From the NCBI GenBank assembly GCA_020425605.1, contig JAGQRH010000012.1:2653-66652 (forward strand): DNA of 64,000 bases, given 5' to 3'. Position 1 is the first letter of the stretch. Each line of letters starts with the position of its first letter. Shown piece after piece: positions 55,907 to 64,000 of this stretch. A program made the translations under genes and the position numbers. This stretch comes from Planctomycetota bacterium. GTDB lineage: Bacteria > Planctomycetota > UBA8742 > UBA2392. The notes under the pieces are model-generated. The model saw nothing but the letters and a program-made list of their open reading frames with translations. It was not told where the DNA came from and searched no databases.

Positions 55907-57013
55907 ATGAAGGTCGGAATTCCCCGCGAGATCAAGGATCACGAGTACCGCGTAGGCATGGTGCCAGCGGGCGTACACGCACTGACCACCGCAGGCCATG
56001 AAGTGTTCGTTGAAGTCGGCGCGGGCCTCGGCAGCGGCATCCTGGACGAAGACTTTGAAGCTGCCGGCGCGAAACTGCTCGCCAGCGCCAAGGAAGTCTT
56101 CGCGGCCGCGGACATGATCGTGAAGGTCAAAGAGCCGCAGCCGGCCGAATACGGTCTGATCAAGAAGGACCAGATCGTTTACACCTACTTCCACTTCGCG
56201 GCCTCCAAAGAGCTGACCGAAGGCATGCTCAAGACCGGCGCAGTCTGCGTGGCATATGAGACCATGGAAGACAAGCGGGGCGGGCTTCCGCTGCTTACGC
56301 CCATGTCCGAAGTCGCGGGTCGCATGAGCGTGCAGGAAGGCGCGAAGTACCTTGAGCGCCCGACCGAAGGCCGCGGCATCCTGCTTGGCGGTGTGCCGGG
56401 CGTTGAGCCGGGCAAGGTGGTGATCATCGGCGGCGGCGTGGTCGGCACCAACGCGGCCAAAATGGCCGCCGGCATCGGCGCGCGCGTTACCATTATGGAT
56501 GTGAGCCTGGATCGCCTGCGCTACCTCGATGACGTGCTGCCCGCCAACGTGGTCGAAATCTACAGCAATGCCTACAACATCCGCGAAGAGATCCGCACGG
56601 CCGACCTCGTTGTCGGCGCAGTGCTGATCCCGGGTGCGAAGGCGCCGAGTCTGATCCGCCGCGAAGACCTGAGCAGCATGAAGCAGGGCGCAGTGATCGT
56701 GGACGTGGCAGTTGACCAAGGCGGCTGCGTCGAGACCACCAAGGCCACCACCCACAGCAACCCGACCTACATCGTGGACGGTGTCGTTCACTACTGCGTG
56801 GCGAACATGCCGGGCGCAGTCGGGCGCACCAGCACCTTCGCACTGACCAACGCGACGACTCGCTATGCAGTCGAGATCGCAAAGCTGGGCTGGAAGGACG
56901 CCGCCAAGAAGTGGGGCGAGATTCGCACCGGGCTGAACGTAGTGGGTGGCAAGATCACCTACCAGGCCGTGGCCGAGGCCTTCGGCATGGAATACGCGCC
57001 GCTGGAGCTGTAG
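55907..57013 (+). CDS. ald: Alanine dehydrogenase
   Basis: MKVGIPREIKDHEYRVGMVPAGV, GGGVVGTNAAKMA Rossmann motif; 368 aa. Confidence 0.9.
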   Translation: MKVGIPREIKDHEYRVGMVPAGVHALTTAGHEVFVEVGAGLGSGILDEDFEAAGAKLLASAKEVFAAADMIVKVKEPQPAEYGLIKKDQIVYTYFHFAASKELTEGMLKTGAVCVAYETMEDKRGGLPLLTPMSEVAGRMSVQEGAKYLERPTEGRGILLGGVPGVEPGKVVIIGGGVVGTNAAKMAAGIGARVTIMDVSLDRLRYLDDVLPANVVEIYSNAYNIREEIRTADLVVGAVLIPGAKAPSLIRREDLSSMKQGAVIVDVAVDQGGCVETTKATTHSNPTYIVDGVVHYCVANMPGAVGRTSTFALTNATTRYAVEIAKLGWKDAAKKWGEIRTGLNVVGGKITYQAVAEAFGMEYAPLEL

Positions 57014-57032
57014 CGGCCGCGCATAGCCTCAC

Positions 57033-57074
57033 GGGGCAGGGTGACGTTCGCGTCTCCTGCCCCGGTTTCGTTCC
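57033..57074 (+). terminator. Intrinsic terminator downstream of ald
   Basis: GGGGCAGG ..loop.. CCUGCCCC followed by GGUUUCGUUCC. Confidence 0.5.
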
Positions 57075-57137
57075 TGGAATCTGCCGCGTTTGCGGATATC
57101 TGCTACACTGCAAGCACCTTTCATTGTGGAACAAACT

Positions 57138-58232
57138 ATGCCTGACCTCGCACCCTGGGAATCCGGCGACGGCAAGCAACCGTTTCACCCGGACGCGCCG
57201 ACCGAGAAGGTTCCGCGTCGGGCACCGGGTCGCCTTCCCGAGATCTACAAGCGCCAGACCGAGGCGTTCATCGCCCCCGCAGGCAACGTTGTTCCCCGGC
57301 CGCAAGAGACGCCGCGGCCATTGGAGCCGCGGGCCAAGATGGCGATCTATGCCCTGGCAGGCGCTGTCGTGGCGGGGCTGGCGTGGGTCGGTCTTGCGAT
57401 GCTGATCTTCACGGAAGAGGCGGGAGCGATTCGCTATGTCTACGCCAGCGTCGGTGTGCTGATTGCGGCTGTAGCCGGGATCATCCTTCTGCTTGAGCTG
57501 CCGCGCATCAACAAGTACCGATTCGGGACGTTCGTTCCGGGTGTGCTGGTGTACGGCTCTCGTCCGCTGATTGAGAAAGTGGTGGGACCGGCCGGCATCG
57601 GGTCCGTCACCGGCTCCACGATCAAGGGCAGCGGCGGCGGGATCCTTGCCAAGGTGTTTGACCGGAGTACGCACAAGACGGCGCCGCCGGAGATCGTCGC
57701 GCTTCACATCAACCGAGGCAGCGGCGCAGAACTGGTCGGCATTGAGTGGGCGGCCGTGCATGAACTTCAACGGGGTGACATCGTCTGGTTCATGACGCAG
57801 GCGCCGGGCCAATACCTTCTGTTCCACAAGCTGGTGCCGTATGCGCCCTGGGTCGCGCAGGATGAGGCCACGCGCAAGGAAGTGTTCACCGCACTCCGGG
57901 TCGGCGACAACATGTTCAAAGACCGTGTCGAGGCCAAGAACATGGGCACAACCAAGGTGATCAACACGGACGTTGACGGGAACCTCGTGGTCGGTGGCGG
58001 CAAGCCGCAGGGACCGGCCCAACCGCGCAAGGGTGCGGGTACCGAGCAGCTTGGCCTGTCTGCCAAGGGAAGTACCTTGGGCGGCGGTGACCAGTACGAC
58101 CAGGCCGCAGACGACTACAGCTACGACCCGGACCAGAGCACGGGCAACACTCACAAGTACAAGATCAGCGACCAGGGCAAGCCGCTCGGCGGCTTCGGCC
58201 AGCCCGACCAGGTCGACAACTTCGAAGAGTAG
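57138..58232 (+). CDS. Uncharacterised membrane protein, distant fourth member of the DFPxPNPYFP family
   Basis: PWESGDGKQPFHPDAP..PRRAPG N-terminus, two TMs, RFGTFVPGVLV and GDIVWFMTQAPG blocks parallel paralogues 1-3; long Gly/Asp/Gln-rich C-terminal tail. Confidence 0.5.
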   Translation: MPDLAPWESGDGKQPFHPDAPTEKVPRRAPGRLPEIYKRQTEAFIAPAGNVVPRPQETPRPLEPRAKMAIYALAGAVVAGLAWVGLAMLIFTEEAGAIRYVYASVGVLIAAVAGIILLLELPRINKYRFGTFVPGVLVYGSRPLIEKVVGPAGIGSVTGSTIKGSGGGILAKVFDRSTHKTAPPEIVALHINRGSGAELVGIEWAAVHELQRGDIVWFMTQAPGQYLLFHKLVPYAPWVAQDEATRKEVFTALRVGDNMFKDRVEAKNMGTTKVINTDVDGNLVVGGGKPQGPAQPRKGAGTEQLGLSAKGSTLGGGDQYDQAADDYSYDPDQSTGNTHKYKISDQGKPLGGFGQPDQVDNFEE

Positions 58233-58234
58233 CC

Positions 58235-58702
58235 ATGGCAAATGAAGCAATCATTGACGCGCTGTCGCCGGTGCTGGATCGACTGAAGAACCTCGACCTG
58301 AGTGAGCCCGGCGCTGCCAAGGAAACTCTCGACATGGAGTTTCCGCTGCACAGCGAGTTCGGCGATACGCTGAAGGCGCTCGCCGATCAGGGCGTCAGGG
58401 ACGGGTGGCTGTGCGGCAAAGAAATGGGAGACAGCAAGTTCTCCCGGGTCGCCAAGGCCGAAGCCGGCAAGGGCTTCAGCATTGATGCGGTCATGCTGTG
58501 GGGCGACGGCCCTTGGCACAAGCACACCAAGGGCGAAGTGAATTGCCTGATCGCGCTCGAGGGCGACCCCAGCTTCTGCGGTTTCAAGGAAGGCTGGGCA
58601 GTGTTCGCCCCCGATAGCCAGCACGTGCCATCCGTGAAGGACGGCAAGATGATTATCTTCTACATGCTGCCCGACGGCGCAGTTGAGTGGAAGAAAGCTT
58701 AG
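58235..58702 (+). CDS. Hypothetical protein (possible cupin-like fold)
   Basis: 155 aa; start 3 nt after the preceding stop; no firm family. Confidence 0.45.
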   Translation: MANEAIIDALSPVLDRLKNLDLSEPGAAKETLDMEFPLHSEFGDTLKALADQGVRDGWLCGKEMGDSKFSRVAKAEAGKGFSIDAVMLWGDGPWHKHTKGEVNCLIALEGDPSFCGFKEGWAVFAPDSQHVPSVKDGKMIIFYMLPDGAVEWKKA

Positions 58703-58848
58703 GCAAGCTCGGCGGGGCTCCCGTATCGCAATTGGATATTCAGTCGACCGTCACACCTGAAACGCTTAGGTGCCTTTGTTTCGGGTTGATGATCCGTGGT
58801 CGATAGTTCGTGCTGCGGCCTTCGAATGGCAACCCTCGACGGGTACCC

Positions 58849-59205
58849 CTACTCCAGTAGAAGGTTCGCGCAGCGGGCGAGCTCGCGAAGGATTTCTTCC
58901 TTCTGTTTGAACGTGGGCAACCCATCCACCTGCAGGCGCGACTGCAACTTGCGCAGTTTGCGAATCGCCGTTTCGAGCTCCGGCCTTTGGCTTACGCGCG
59001 AGTAATTGCGCCGGCCGCACTCGTGCCAGAAGACCTTGCCCTCGACATGCTCAATCGCCCGGTCGACGACCCACAGCCAGAAGCGTTGCTGATTCCACTC
59101 CGCGATTGCCGCGCTGCTGTGCCCCTGCCCCATACGCTGCACGACGTCGTGGCGATACGCCTCGGCGGCCTGGTGCGCGGCGCGATAGAGTGAGAGCTTT
59201 TCCAT
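58849..59205 (-). CDS. Hypothetical protein
   Basis: Start at MEKLSLYR; divergent from dnaA; no motif recognised. Confidence 0.4.
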   Translation of the reverse strand: MEKLSLYRAAHQAAEAYRHDVVQRMGQGHSSAAIAEWNQQRFWLWVVDRAIEHVEGKVFWHECGRRNYSRVSQRPELETAIRKLRKLQSRLQVDGLPTFKQKEEILRELARCANLLLE

Positions 59206-59554
59206 GCGGGCCACTTTGCGAAATCCGGCGCGCTTGACCACTGAAACGTTGACAGTTGATTGCTGTGGAAAAGTGCCGCCCTGCTTTCGCGCGCTCGCAC
59301 TTTGTCAAGTGAAAAAGGCTCGCGGGCGACCAGCAATCATGACGCGTCGCCGGCTTTCACGTCACCCGCGAACCCCCTATTCCAAGCCTGTTTGCTCCAA
59401 CTTGCTAAGGGGATTTGACGACGCTGTTCCGCGGTGCTACTTTCGCCCGTCCACCGGAAGGACACTACGAAATACTGGCGGGGGCTACTGTTCATCAACG
59501 TGTCAGAGTGCGCTTGATACGGGTACTTGTCCCGAAATCAGGTGGAGAGAATGC

Positions 59555-60961
59555 GTGACTGAGTTACTCGCCAAAGAACACTGGAACAAGGTCCTCACGG
59601 ATCTTCAGGAACACGTTGGCGAGGAAGTCTTCAACCTCTGGCTGCGCAATACGCTCATTGTCCGCCTTGAACCTGAACTCATCGAAGTCGGTGTACCCAA
59701 TCTCGTCGTCAGCGACTGGCTGAAAAGCCAGTTCACCGGCGAGATTCTGGACAGTGTCAACCGCGTCGTCGGGTTCCGCCCGGGCGACATCAAGTACAGC
59801 GTCAACGGCCACCTCTTCCGTCAGCTACGCAAACAGGAAGAGACGGCACGCCGCGCTGCAGGCGAGCCCAGCCCGACTTCGCGCACGGCGCCGAAGACCA
59901 CCCCGGTGCCGAAGCAGGTCTTCAACCTCAATGAGCGATACACGCTCGATCGCGTGATCGTGGGCCCGAACAATCAGCTCGCGTTCAATTGCGCGTGGGA
60001 AGTCGCCCGCAAACCCGGCGATAGTTTCAACCCGCTGTTCGTGTTCGGCCGAACCGGCGTTGGCAAGTCACACCTGCTTCAGGGTATCGCCCGAGAGATG
60101 CTTGAGCGCTTCCCGTCGAAAGAGACGCTCTACATACCGGCCGAATACTTCGTGAACCAGTATGTCCAGGCGCTGCAGAAACGTGACGTTGAGCCATTCC
60201 GCCAGCGCTTCCGCAACATGGATGTGCTGATCATTGACGATCTGCATTTCCTTGCCGGTAAAGACGCCAGCCAGCAGGAATTGCTGCACACGCTGAATGC
60301 ACTGGAACAGGCAGGCAAGCAGGTTGTGCTCGCCAGCGACCAGCACCCACGCGATCTCGAAGAGTTCATGGAGCATCTGACCACTCGCTTCATGCAGGGC
60401 ATGATCGCCGAGATCGAGTTGCCGCCAAAGGTAACGCGCCTCGCCATCATCAAGAGTAAGCTGGAAGGACATCGTCAGCTGTTCCCCGTGGCCGTGATCG
60501 AGTTCCTGGCCGACAAGCTGGACTGCAACGTCCGGGAGATGGAAGGCTACGTCACGCGTCTCGTCGCGCTGGCTGGCCTGACGGGCGAGAAAGTAACCCT
60601 GCAATTGGCTGAGCAGGCCCTGCAGGACTTCCTGTCCAGCCGCAGCCGCATGGTCGACCTGACCGACATTGAGAACGTGGTGATCGCCCACTACGGCGTC
60701 ACCAGCGCGCAGCTTCACAGCCGCTTGCGTAAGCGCCCCGTGGCGCTTGCACGCCAGGTCTGCATGTTCCTCGCCCGCAAACTGACAAGCTACAGCCTCA
60801 AGGAAATCGGACGCTTCTTCGGCGGCAAAAATCACACTACCGTAGTTTTCGCCGTGCAGGCCATTGAGGCGAAAGTCCGCAAATCTCCGGCTCTCAACGA
60901 CGAAGTCGAGCATCTGCGCCGCACGCTAATGGGCGACAGCGCGAACGGACGCACGCGCTAG
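59555..60961 (+). CDS. dnaA: Chromosomal replication initiator protein DnaA
   Basis: GTG start after RBS GGTGGAGAGAA; AAA+ core (GRTGVGKSHLLQ, DVLIIDDLHF) and C-terminal DNA-binding domain; the track ORF's 5' extension is rejected. Confidence 0.93.
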   Translation: MTELLAKEHWNKVLTDLQEHVGEEVFNLWLRNTLIVRLEPELIEVGVPNLVVSDWLKSQFTGEILDSVNRVVGFRPGDIKYSVNGHLFRQLRKQEETARRAAGEPSPTSRTAPKTTPVPKQVFNLNERYTLDRVIVGPNNQLAFNCAWEVARKPGDSFNPLFVFGRTGVGKSHLLQGIAREMLERFPSKETLYIPAEYFVNQYVQALQKRDVEPFRQRFRNMDVLIIDDLHFLAGKDASQQELLHTLNALEQAGKQVVLASDQHPRDLEEFMEHLTTRFMQGMIAEIELPPKVTRLAIIKSKLEGHRQLFPVAVIEFLADKLDCNVREMEGYVTRLVALAGLTGEKVTLQLAEQALQDFLSSRSRMVDLTDIENVVIAHYGVTSAQLHSRLRKRPVALARQVCMFLARKLTSYSLKEIGRFFGGKNHTTVVFAVQAIEAKVRKSPALNDEVEHLRRTLMGDSANGRTR

Positions 60962-61025
60962 ATTTCGCCAACCAACCCACTACAATTCCCGCACTGTTCG
61001 CCGTGGGGGCGCAGGGAGCCGCACT

Positions 61026-63038
61026 TTGTCGAAGCACCATCCGCTTGTCGTAGGCGTATCGCCATTTGCGGCCGACATCCGACGACCGCAGACCATTCCT
61101 GAGTATCCTGCGCGAACGGCCGTGGAATTACGGCTCGACCTCGGCGCCATGTGGCACGTGATACTGAACGAACGTGCGAAGTTCACCGAACACATCGCGT
61201 GGCTTAGCTCCGACATCAACGAAACCTGTCCGCCTCCGATCATCATTGGCACCTGCCGCCGCAAGAGCGAACGCGGCGAGTTCAACGGCGACGAAAAGCA
61301 GCGTCTGCAGATCCTGAAGTTGTGCGGCCAGGTGTGCGACTACGTTGATGTTGAGATGGGCGTCAAGGCCGACGTGCCCGAGTCAAAGATCATCCGCAGC
61401 TACCACGACTTTGAGGGCGTCCCGGACTTTGAAAGCATCGCCAACGACCTTGCACTGGAAGGCGGGGCGATCTTCAAGATCGTCGGGACCGCCACATGCC
61501 TGAAAGACAACCTGCTGGTCCGGGATTTCCTCAAAGACCGGCTGGATGCAACGTCGTTCCTGATGGGCGAGTACGGGGTACCCTCGCGCATCCTTGCGTT
61601 GTTGTGGGGCAGCCGCATGACCTACGCATCGCTGGGCAGCGGCACGGTTGCGCCGGGCATGATCGATTTCCAGCGACTGGTCAACCTCTACCGCGCACCC
61701 GAGATCGACCCCGACTTTGAGCTGTTCGGAATCACCGGCGAGCACGTCGGCCACAGCCTCAGCCCGGCCATGCACAATTTCGCCCTGAAAACCGCGCAGC
61801 AGCGCCGCGTGTACCTGCCGTTGGCGGCAACGGACGTGCAGGACTTTGTCGAGTTCGCCCGCGGAGTGAAGCTGACCGGCGCAAGCGTGACCGTGCCCTT
61901 CAAAGAAGCCATCGTTTCGCGCTGCGCCAAGTTCGACGAGGCCGCGGAGGCCACCGGCTCCGTCAACACCATGATCAAGCTCGACGGCCCGGGCTATCGC
62001 GGGCGTAACACCGACGTGCAGGGCTTCGTCGACGAACTGAAGACGAGCTACAAGTACCCGCTGTTCGGGCGCACGGCGCTGGTGCTGGGTGCGGGGGGCT
62101 CGGCCCGCTCCGTGGTGTACGGCCTGCGTAAGGAAGGCGTCGCGGTGAATGTCTGGGCCCGCCGACCCGAACAGGCGAAGGCGCTCTGCGATGCCCTTGG
62201 CGGAACACCGGTAGCTGAGCCATCCGAAGTTGCCAGCAGCATCGACCTGCTGATCAACACGACGCCTTGCGGCATGGACGGCCAGCACGAGGGCGAAATC
62301 GCGCTGCCATGGCAGAAGCTCCAGCCGGTGCTCGCCCACGACGCGCTGGTGTTCGACCTGATTTATGAGCCCGAAGACACGCCCCTGCTGACCATGGCCG
62401 CGAAGAACAAGTTCCAGGCCTTCAACGGGCTCGGGATGTTGCGGAGGCAGGCGGCGTTGCAGGCGAAGATTTTCGGCTACTCGCTGGCGTTCGAAGTCGA
62501 TGAGCCGCCAAAGCGCTCGGAGCACGTATGGCTGGTCGGCTATCGCGGCGCGGGCAAGTCGTCACTGGCGCGCGAATTGGCAATCAAGCTGCGCCGTCGG
62601 GCGCTGGACGTTGATTCGCAGATTGAGCTGCTTGGCGGCCGGTCCATTGCCAAGATCTTCGCCGAGCAAGGTGAGCCCGGCTTCCGGAAGCTCGAAGCCG
62701 ATGCATTGGCCAAAGTCGCCGGAACCAAGCCGGACGGAGTCATCGCATCCGGCGGCGGCTGCATCGAGACAGAGGCCAACATCAAACAGATGCGCGCCAC
62801 CGGAATCGTAATCTTCCTGGACGTACCCGAGGACGTGCTTGTGAAGCGGCTGTCCGGCGACGAAGACCGGCCATCGCTCACGGGCAAGCCGGTGGCCGAA
62901 GAAGTTCATGAAGTGCTGGAGCGCCGTCGGCCCCTGTATCAACGCGCTGCACACCTTGTGTTTGTCCCCGGGGATCAGCGTCCACGGGAGCTGGCTGGCG
63001 AAATCGCCGACAAGCTGGCACAGTTTCGCTCTAAATGA
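61026..63038 (+). CDS. Tri-functional fusion: type I 3-dehydroquinate dehydratase / shikimate dehydrogenase / shikimate kinase
   Basis: N-terminal DHQase-I-like ~210 aa; central AroE (GHSLSP, NTD..G); C-terminal AroK P-loop GYRGAGKSS; TTG start with GGGAG RBS. Confidence 0.8.
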   Translation: MSKHHPLVVGVSPFAADIRRPQTIPEYPARTAVELRLDLGAMWHVILNERAKFTEHIAWLSSDINETCPPPIIIGTCRRKSERGEFNGDEKQRLQILKLCGQVCDYVDVEMGVKADVPESKIIRSYHDFEGVPDFESIANDLALEGGAIFKIVGTATCLKDNLLVRDFLKDRLDATSFLMGEYGVPSRILALLWGSRMTYASLGSGTVAPGMIDFQRLVNLYRAPEIDPDFELFGITGEHVGHSLSPAMHNFALKTAQQRRVYLPLAATDVQDFVEFARGVKLTGASVTVPFKEAIVSRCAKFDEAAEATGSVNTMIKLDGPGYRGRNTDVQGFVDELKTSYKYPLFGRTALVLGAGGSARSVVYGLRKEGVAVNVWARRPEQAKALCDALGGTPVAEPSEVASSIDLLINTTPCGMDGQHEGEIALPWQKLQPVLAHDALVFDLIYEPEDTPLLTMAAKNKFQAFNGLGMLRRQAALQAKIFGYSLAFEVDEPPKRSEHVWLVGYRGAGKSSLARELAIKLRRRALDVDSQIELLGGRSIAKIFAEQGEPGFRKLEADALAKVAGTKPDGVIASGGGCIETEANIKQMRATGIVIFLDVPEDVLVKRLSGDEDRPSLTGKPVAEEVHEVLERRRPLYQRAAHLVFVPGDQRPRELAGEIADKLAQFRSK

Positions 63039-63976
63039 GCGAAGTCTTCGAAATCATCGGGATGATGCCGCCGTGGTTCTGGCTGGCCTGGGCGTTTCTG
63101 GTTGGCTCCTTCGTCGGCAGCTTCCTGAACGTCGTCGTCTATCGCCTGCCGCGCAACTGCCTCTCGATCAACAAGCCCAAGCGAAGTTTCTGCCCCAGCT
63201 GCAAGACCCAGCTAAAGTGGAACGACAACCTGCCGATCATCGGCTGGATCTGGCTGCGCGGCAAATGCCGCTACTGCGGTGTAAAGTTCGGCATGCGCTA
63301 TCCCGCGGTCGAATTGCTCACGGCCGGTCTTTTCGCTCTGACCATGTCGCGGGTCCTGTTCAGCGAAGGCAACATCTCGGATCAACCGCTGGCATGGCTG
63401 ACCGTGCTGCACATCTTCCTGATCATCAGCGTGCTGCTGCCGTGGGCGTTGATCGACCTCGACCTCCAGACGATTCCGGACAAGCTGACGCTGGGCCCGC
63501 TGATTGTCTTCATTCCATTCGCGGCCGACGTCAGTGCCCTCGACTTCGGGACAACAACGGGGCACCAGCACGCGCATTTGCTGTTCGGCTGGAGCACCGT
63601 CTGGCTCGACAGCATGGTCAGTGCCCTCGCGGCCGGCTTCGGCGCGGCGTTTGCGCTGTGGTTCATCGGCAAGATCTCAAACGTGGTCTTTGCAAAGCGC
63701 GCCGCCGAGATGGGCGGAGAGACCATGGGATTCGGCGACGTGAAGCTTATGCTGCTTCTCGGTGTAATGCTGGGCGCGCCGAAACTGGTTGCGGCGTTCT
63801 TTATCGCGATCTTTGTGGGCGCGATCTTCGGCAGCATCCAGCTGTTGCTGAAGAAGGGCCACTTCACACCGTTCGGCCCCTACCTGACACTGGGCGCCGT
63901 CACGGCGGCAATCGGCATGGACCAGATTCTCTGGCTGTGGGACAAGTACATGGCATTTCTACAGAGTGCGGCATGA
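63035..63976 (+). CDS. pilD: Type IV prepilin leader peptidase (A24)
   Basis: CPSC..CRYC zinc-binding N-terminal domain and polytopic A24 core; start overlaps upstream stop (ATGA). Confidence 0.85.
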   Translation: MSEVFEIIGMMPPWFWLAWAFLVGSFVGSFLNVVVYRLPRNCLSINKPKRSFCPSCKTQLKWNDNLPIIGWIWLRGKCRYCGVKFGMRYPAVELLTAGLFALTMSRVLFSEGNISDQPLAWLTVLHIFLIISVLLPWALIDLDLQTIPDKLTLGPLIVFIPFAADVSALDFGTTTGHQHAHLLFGWSTVWLDSMVSALAAGFGAAFALWFIGKISNVVFAKRAAEMGGETMGFGDVKLMLLLGVMLGAPKLVAAFFIAIFVGAIFGSIQLLLKKGHFTPFGPYLTLGAVTAAIGMDQILWLWDKYMAFLQSAA

Positions 63977-64000
63977 GCGACTACACCATCAGCATCAACG
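63973..64000 (+). CDS. 5' end of a downstream gene (partial, MSDYTISIN..)
   Basis: ATG overlapping the pilD stop (ATGA); runs off the window. Confidence 0.3.

Noticed and set aside
59242-59554. oriC immediately upstream of dnaA
   Set aside because: Only one near-consensus DnaA box was found; no cluster of boxes or obvious AT-rich unwinding element.
1-64000. CRISPR arrays, tRNA/rRNA genes, transposases, integrases, phage genes
   Set aside because: No regularly spaced direct repeats, no cloverleaf candidates in intergenic spacers, and no recognisable mobile-element proteins were seen; the window looks like stable core genome.

Overview
High-GC (~65%) core-genome region of a Gram-negative bacterium. 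The taxon guess, Myxococcota-like, is inference only: it rests on a C-terminal GC-motif/TM/poly-Arg sorting tail, FHA and HD-GYP signalling, an LPS heptose epimerase and many lipoproteins. Nearly all of the window is coding, mostly on the minus strand. Recognisable content is housekeeping: rpmF-plsX-fabH-fabD-fabG ... acpP-fabF, alaS, recA, pheT, lgt, dapF, scpA, gap, pgk, rpe, ald, dnaA, an aroD-aroE-aroK fusion and pilD. No transposase, integrase, CRISPR array, tRNA or rRNA was found. The things worth a second look are listed here. (1) Three tandem, divergent paralogues of an unknown two-TM protein family with an N-terminal DFPxPNPYFPxxPR motif sit between gap and pgk, with a fourth distant copy 5 kb away. 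(2) A methylmalonyl-CoA module is wedged between acpP and fabG inside the fab cluster: epimerase, an orphan 190-aa protein, a stand-alone mutase catalytic subunit, BCCP, biotin carboxylase, two lipoproteins and a carboxyltransferase. (3) TTCCTAA heptamer direct repeats with 11-bp phasing lie upstream of a hemerythrin-like gene, the classic OmpR/PhoB binding architecture. (4) Two intrinsic terminators on the plus strand have no annotated plus-strand gene upstream, so they are candidate small-RNA or leader elements. (5) A tri-functional DHQase/shikimate dehydrogenase/shikimate kinase fusion follows dnaA directly. (6) An FHA-GAF-HD-GYP signalling protein has an AT-rich palindromic upstream region. 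(7) An 849-aa secreted Amidase_3/FN3 protein carries a MYXO-CTERM-like tail. (8) The remnant of a STAND/TPR regulator has lost its N-terminus. (9) A rhomboid homologue appears to lack the catalytic histidine. Many ORFs in the six-frame track are antisense or out-of-frame artefacts of the high GC content and are not reported.
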